Assembly (NCBI GenBank): GCA_017555465.1 | Contig: JAFZGH010000105.1 | Location: forward strand, 1 to 37,969 | Source of the DNA: Akkermansia sp. | GTDB lineage: Bacteria > Verrucomicrobiota > Verrucomicrobiia > Verrucomicrobiales > Akkermansiaceae | Direction: 5' to 3' | DNA length: 37,969 bases | Part shown: one piece after another, positions 33,897-37,969 of the stretch | Numbering within the stretch: the stretch's first letter is position 1 | Layout of the letters: every line of letters starts with the position of its first letter | Notes under the pieces: generated by a model | Database searches by the model: none | Told to the model about the DNA's origin: nothing | What the model saw: the letters and a program-made list of their open reading frames with translations, nothing else | Translations under genes and position numbers: made by a program

Positions 33897-34276
33897 TTGA
33901 CTTTGGCCTGAAACCCTGCCCCATGTGCGGCGGCACCGCTGACGTGGTCCGCCTGACCCAAACCGACGAGGAGCTGAGCGCCGTTATTAAGTGCAGCAGC
34001 TGCGGCCTGACGCTGGACTGGTCCACCGAGATCAAGGTGGGAATTTCCCGCACCGGCCGGCGAACCGTCACCCAGGCGGATATTGGCCCCATTGAGGCAT
34101 GGAACCGCCGGCACATGTGCGGCAACTGCGGCGCCAAAATCCACAGCGACCAGGTGCTGGCCCTGGGCAACTGCAACGACTGCGGCGCCTCTGCCGGCTG
34201 CCTGTACCTGCCCCACGCGGGAGAAATGGCCCGCATCAACTGCCCGCACTGGAAACCCATGGAGGACAAGGCATGA
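33893..34276 (+). CDS. Lar-family restriction-alleviation-like protein with extra Cys module
   Basis: LKPCPMCGG...IKCSSCG...AWNRR, plus C-terminal NCNDCG..RINCPHW. Confidence 0.65.
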   Translation: MIDFGLKPCPMCGGTADVVRLTQTDEELSAVIKCSSCGLTLDWSTEIKVGISRTGRRTVTQADIGPIEAWNRRHMCGNCGAKIHSDQVLALGNCNDCGASAGCLYLPHAGEMARINCPHWKPMEDKA

Positions 34277-34470
34277 AAAAGCAGAACCAGCGCCGGGTGG
34301 GCATGACCATCACCGCCCAAACCTTTTACCACCTGAAAGACATGGCCGACGCCTGCGGCCATAGAGATATCGGCCGCGTGGTGGACAAGCTGGTGAGAGA
34401 GCACCAGCTGGCCGCCAAGGTAAGAACCAAACCCACAGAAAGAGGAGGACTGTATTATGTTCAGAAATAA
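34273..34470 (+). CDS. Ribbon-helix-helix-like small protein
   Basis: RRVGMTIT.QT.YHL..MA...IGRVVDKLVRE. Confidence 0.5.
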   Translation: MKKQNQRRVGMTITAQTFYHLKDMADACGHRDIGRVVDKLVREHQLAAKVRTKPTERGGLYYVQK

Positions 34471-34816
34471 GCGCCAGGCGGCGCCCATCGACCTGGAGAA
34501 ACTCCTGCAGCCAACCAGCACGCCCGTGGTGAATGTGGCGCCCCCCCAGGTGATCATTTCCCAGGAATGCGAGTACCGGCCCTGCTATGTGAACGGCAGA
34601 AAGGCCCTTTTTCACCGCTGGGTAAATACCGCCCGGCCTCAGCTGCCCAAGGGCCAGGAGCTCAGCGAAAACGCCCGCTTTTTCCAATTCAGAACCACCC
34701 ACGGCCTGGTGGAGTATGAGGACGGCACCATGGACCAGGTCTGGCCCCGTGATATCAAGTTTGCAGACCATGGCCGTTTCCGTGACTACGCCTGGGACCC
34801 TGCAGAGGAGGAATGA
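34457..34816 (+). CDS. Hypothetical protein
   Basis: RPCYVNGRKALFHRW...GLVEYEDG. Confidence 0.7.
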   Translation: MFRNKRQAAPIDLEKLLQPTSTPVVNVAPPQVIISQECEYRPCYVNGRKALFHRWVNTARPQLPKGQELSENARFFQFRTTHGLVEYEDGTMDQVWPRDIKFADHGRFRDYAWDPAEEE

Positions 34817-35190
34817 GCGTGGTAATTATTAAATGCGGGCAGATACATGGCGATCAATTCCACCGAATGGTCAACGACCTGCACGCCCAGGCGCGGGACG
34901 GCATGGTGGTGATGCCCTTTTTCTGTGACCTGGTGGCGGTGAGCGCAGACAGCGAGCTGCAGATCATCCAGGAGGAGAAAGAGAGCACCCGGGTGGCGGC
35001 GCTGGAGAAAGAGCTGGCCGCCGCCCTGGCCTATATTGCCCAGGAAAAGAACTGCGAAACCTGCAAGCATTACGAAAACCAGCCGTCATGCCCGGCCGAC
35101 TGCCTATACTGCCGACATGAGGACTGTATCTGCAAAACCTGCGAGCACGGCAGCAAATGGGAATGGAGGCACGGCCATGAATCCGTTTAA
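34813..35190 (+). CDS. Hypothetical protein with Cys-rich C-terminus
   Basis: CETC..C..C..C..C.C..C..WEWR. Confidence 0.7.
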   Translation: MSVVIIKCGQIHGDQFHRMVNDLHAQARDGMVVMPFFCDLVAVSADSELQIIQEEKESTRVAALEKELAAALAYIAQEKNCETCKHYENQPSCPADCLYCRHEDCICKTCEHGSKWEWRHGHESV

Positions 35191-35449
35191 CGTTGACGGC
35201 CACGAACTGCGACACCTGCGCCAGGCTGAGGCGGATTGCTACAACGATATGGCGGAGGTAATCCGCAACCATTTCCCCGGCATTGAGATCACCGGCGCCC
35301 AGGTGGCCGGCCGTATCAACGAGCTGCTGAGGGCAGAGGAAAGGCTGAACACCAGCGACTGCAACAGCTGCGGCTCTGTGGCATTCTGCGCATACCGCCG
35401 CGTCCAGACCATAACCCGCATAAACTGCCCGCTGTGGCGGCCCAAGTGA
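35177..35449 (+). CDS. Hypothetical protein with Cys module
   Basis: RBS GGAGG; DCNSCG..RINCPLW. Confidence 0.65.
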   Translation: MNPFNVDGHELRHLRQAEADCYNDMAEVIRNHFPGIEITGAQVAGRINELLRAEERLNTSDCNSCGSVAFCAYRRVQTITRINCPLWRPK

Positions 35450-35461
35450 TAGGAGGGCAGC

Positions 35462-35623
35462 ATGGTAAAGAACGAGCAACCGAGCACCCAGGGCCAGGAG
35501 GAGCTGGCCCTGCTGATACACGGCCGCACCTGCCCGCTGGGCTACCGCTGCCTGGCGTCGGATTGTGTGGAATGCGTCCAGATTTACATGGAGCAAGGAG
35601 GAGAAAACCATGGCGGAAAATAA
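35462..35623 (+). CDS. Hypothetical 53-aa protein (not in ORF track)
   Basis: RBS AGGAGG; TCPLGYRC..DC.EC. Confidence 0.55.
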   Translation: MVKNEQPSTQGQEELALLIHGRTCPLGYRCLASDCVECVQIYMEQGGENHGGK

Positions 35624-35792
35624 AGAAAACGCGCAGCCGGGTGGCGGCGCTGTACGGTATGAAATCCGCAAGGGCGGCGTGGTGTGCTGCGCCAGCTATC
35701 TGCCGCTGTGCGGATATGACCTGCTGACCATTAAGAAAATGCAGGAGGCAGGCTATGAGCTGTATGCCGACGGCAAAAAAGTGAGGCGGTAA
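35610..35792 (+). CDS. Hypothetical protein
   Basis: RBS AAGGAGG; MQEAGYELYADGK. Confidence 0.65.
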   Translation: MAENKENAQPGGGAVRYEIRKGGVVCCASYLPLCGYDLLTIKKMQEAGYELYADGKKVRR

Positions 35793-35793
35793 C

Positions 35794-36168
35794 ATGCTAA
35801 AAATAAACCAGCATGTAATGTACGACATACAGCCCTGCCCGTTTGCGGGAAACTGCGAAAAGGAGACACCGGCCTGCAGCTTTGAGAAAAGCGGCACCTG
35901 CCCCGTGATCGCAAAGCCAAAGGAAGAACCCGAAAAGCTATACGACCCGCTGGAGCCGGTGGCCGTCACCCTGACAAGGGAGCAATGGCACAGCGTAATG
36001 TGGATCCTGGAGTATTACAAGTACGTTTGCGTCAATAAGTCAATCGAGTACGCAGACTGGCCAGAGCATGCGCGGCCGACTGAGAGTGCAGCAGAGCACA
36101 AAGCAGAGGCCAAGAAAATGGAGGCAATCCTGGCCAAGATCGAGCAGGACTATTACGGCGAACAATAA
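35794..36168 (+). CDS. Hypothetical protein
   Basis: Cys-rich N-terminus plus VTLTREQW helical module. Confidence 0.65.
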   Translation: MLKINQHVMYDIQPCPFAGNCEKETPACSFEKSGTCPVIAKPKEEPEKLYDPLEPVAVTLTREQWHSVMWILEYYKYVCVNKSIEYADWPEHARPTESAAEHKAEAKKMEAILAKIEQDYYGEQ

Positions 36169-36170
36169 AA

Positions 36171-36208
36171 CGAGCCGCTGCAGGGCAACCTGTGGCGGCT
36201 TTTATTTT
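36171..36208 (+). terminator. Terminator ending the early/middle operon
   Basis: AGCCGCTGCAGG-GCAA-CCTGTGGCGGCT followed by TTTATTTT. Confidence 0.75.
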
Positions 36209-36301
36209 GCCCACATGAGTGCAGACCCGGCAGCAGCCAGGCCGTGGAACAATGGAGAGATACAACAAAGGGGAAATAAACTGAAAAGGAATGATTTACC
36301 C

Positions 36302-37321
36302 ATGAAACTATTACAAGGCGATTGCATGGAGCTGCTGCCAGAAATCCCGGACAAGTCGGTGGACCTGGTGCTTTGTGACCTGCCATACGGCACGACAGAA
36401 TGCAAGTGGGACCATGTGCTGCCCATGGACCAGCTCTGGAAAGAGTACAGGCGCCTATTGAGGCCCAACGGGGTGGCGGCTCTATTCGCTGCCCAACCAT
36501 TTACCACGGCCCTGATCAACAGCAACCGCCCGGCGTTTAGGTACTGCTGGTATTGGCTGAAAAACATGGCGACCGGCTTTGCCTTTGCCAGATACCAACC
36601 CATGAGAAAAATTGAGGAGGTGGCAATATTCGTCTGCAACGTGCCAGGCAAAGACAACACCGAGCACCACAAAGCGCTGCGGGCCTATCTGCAGGCCGAG
36701 CTGAAAGCAAGCGGCCACACCCGCGCCAGCATAAACAAAATACTGGGCAATACAATGGCCTCCCACTATTTCACCAACGGGAGCCAGTTTGCTATACCAC
36801 CACGGGAACAATGGGAAAAGCTGCAGCAGGAAACCGGGTGCTTTTTCAGATCGTGGGACGACGTGCGGGAAGAATACAAGGCAGAACTGGGTGGCGGCAA
36901 TGGCGGCGGGCCACAGATATACAACCCGCAGGGCCTGCAGATCATAAGCGACCCGAAACCAAAGCGCCGCATGGCAATCAAAGACGACGCAATATACAGC
37001 ATGGACACACTAATGCAGGAATACACGCCGAAATATAAAGGCTGGCCCGTGAACGTCCTGCAATTCAACTCAGAGCGCGGCCTGCATCCCACACAGAAAC
37101 CCGTCCCGCTGCTGGAATACCTGGTAAAGACCTACACACACGAGGGCGACACCGTGCTGGACAACTGCATGGGCAGCGGCAGCACTGGCGTGGCCTGCCT
37201 GAGAACCGGCCGCCATTTCATAGGCATGGAAAAAGACCCGCACTATTTTCAGACCGCAAAGGAGCGGCTGGAAAAGGAGGCAATACAAAAGCCTGACCAG
37301 GTGGCGGGCTGTAATAGATAA
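36302..37321 (+). CDS. Orphan N6-A/N4-C DNA methyltransferase (beta order)
   Basis: LLQGDCME, motif IV DLPY, HPTQKP, motif I CMGSGST; internal insertion of ~70 aa. Confidence 0.92.
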   Translation: MKLLQGDCMELLPEIPDKSVDLVLCDLPYGTTECKWDHVLPMDQLWKEYRRLLRPNGVAALFAAQPFTTALINSNRPAFRYCWYWLKNMATGFAFARYQPMRKIEEVAIFVCNVPGKDNTEHHKALRAYLQAELKASGHTRASINKILGNTMASHYFTNGSQFAIPPREQWEKLQQETGCFFRSWDDVREEYKAELGGGNGGGPQIYNPQGLQIISDPKPKRRMAIKDDAIYSMDTLMQEYTPKYKGWPVNVLQFNSERGLHPTQKPVPLLEYLVKTYTHEGDTVLDNCMGSGSTGVACLRTGRHFIGMEKDPHYFQTAKERLEKEAIQKPDQVAGCNR

Positions 37322-37335
37322 CCCTGCAAGCCCTC

Positions 37336-37362
37336 AGCGCCCCGCTGTGGGCGCTTTATTTT
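37336..37362 (+). terminator. Terminator after methyltransferase
   Basis: AGCGCCC-GCTGT-GGGCGCT followed by TTATTTT. Confidence 0.65.
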
Positions 37363-37437
37363 GTCCAGGTATATGCATACCCGGCACAAATAAACGGCAG
37401 TAAATTAAAGCTAAGTATACACGCGGGAGGTGCTGGC

Positions 37438-37896
37438 ATGGTATTGAAACCCTGCCCACGCTGCAAGCGCATGATACCGGCCGGCCTGACATACTGCCCG
37501 GACTGTGCACCCATAGCAGAGGCCCAGGCAGCAGAGGCCCAGGCCCGCAAGGCCGAGCGCCGGCGCAAGAAATACAACCAGACATACAACCAGCAGCGCG
37601 ACCCCAAGTACCTGGAGTTTTACAGGTCAAAGGAATGGAAGATCACGAGCCGCACAAAGCTGCAGCAGGCCGGCTATAAATGCCAGGCTAAGCTGCCAGG
37701 CTGCCAGCGTCTGGCCGTCGAGGTCCACCACATAAAGCCCATACAAACAGACGAGGGCTGGGAGCTGCGGCTGGACTGGGACAACCTGGAGCCATGCTGC
37801 ACAGCCTGCCACAACGCCCGTCATAAACGTTTCAAAACAAAAAAGGACGACGGCGTGCTGGATATGCGAGAAATTGTGCGAAATATCCAAAAGTAA
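37438..37896 (+). CDS. Terminase-associated HNH endonuclease
   Basis: FYRSKEW, EVHHIKP, NLEPCCTACHNARH; directly upstream of terS on the circular map. Confidence 0.92.
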   Translation: MVLKPCPRCKRMIPAGLTYCPDCAPIAEAQAAEAQARKAERRRKKYNQTYNQQRDPKYLEFYRSKEWKITSRTKLQQAGYKCQAKLPGCQRLAVEVHHIKPIQTDEGWELRLDWDNLEPCCTACHNARHKRFKTKKDDGVLDMREIVRNIQK

Positions 37897-37969
37897 CAGG
37901 GAATTTATACTGGCATTTTTACGCACCCCCAGGGGGTGGTCAAAATTCTACGAGCCGTCGGGAAGATAA
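37897..37969. other. Probable cos-proximal region (continues into 1-82)
   Basis: HNH-terS intergenic region with CACCCCC-A-GGGGGTG palindrome (37924-37938); window breaks exactly here. Confidence 0.6.

Larger units (their letters stand above)
1..37969. mobile_element. Near-complete temperate siphovirus genome
   Basis: All modules present once in canonical order; attP appears intact; no host genes. Confidence 0.93.

Noticed and set aside
36068-36301. N-terminal extension of the methyltransferase given in the ORF track
   Set aside because: Overlaps the upstream gene and crosses a terminator; homologous motifs begin at ATG 36302
1-37969. tRNA genes, introns/inteins, stop-codon recoding
   Set aside because: No cloverleaf seen; core genes are intact and of normal length under the standard code

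Overview
The window looks like an essentially complete (~38 kb, GC-rich) temperate siphovirus genome. The host is probably a Clostridia/Bacillota species, inferred from the GGAGG RBSs, sigma-A promoters, a GAAC-N4-GTTC SOS box and the gene families. The sequence opens at the HNH/terS junction (probable cos ends). Gene order: HK97-type packaging and head genes (83-5619); neck and tail genes with a -1 frameshift chaperone, tape measure, Dit, Tal-like and receptor-binding proteins (5680-17052); a lower-GC swapped tail-tip cassette ending in a metallophosphoesterase (~15930-18149); lysis (18219-20025); an operator-controlled operon of five small unknown genes plus a terminal HTH, i.e. acr-aca-like architecture (20176-22358); a structured non-coding/attP region; a large serine integrase; a cI/cro switch; replication genes (RusA, initiator with iterons, DnaC-like loader); about 25 small accessory ORFs; a DNA methyltransferase; and HNH. 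Most interesting observations: (1) a LexA-box-controlled 36-aa ORF missing from the ORF track, convergent on a non-cleavable cI (candidate antirepressor); (2) the acr-aca-like operon with palindromic operators and repeated intergenic hairpin-RBS units; (3) a small Zn-ribbon protein ending in a portal C-terminal motif; (4) an attP that encodes a PHP-family N-terminal motif (NLHTH); (5) two parS-like sites. All family calls come from motif recognition and synteny. No database searches were run.
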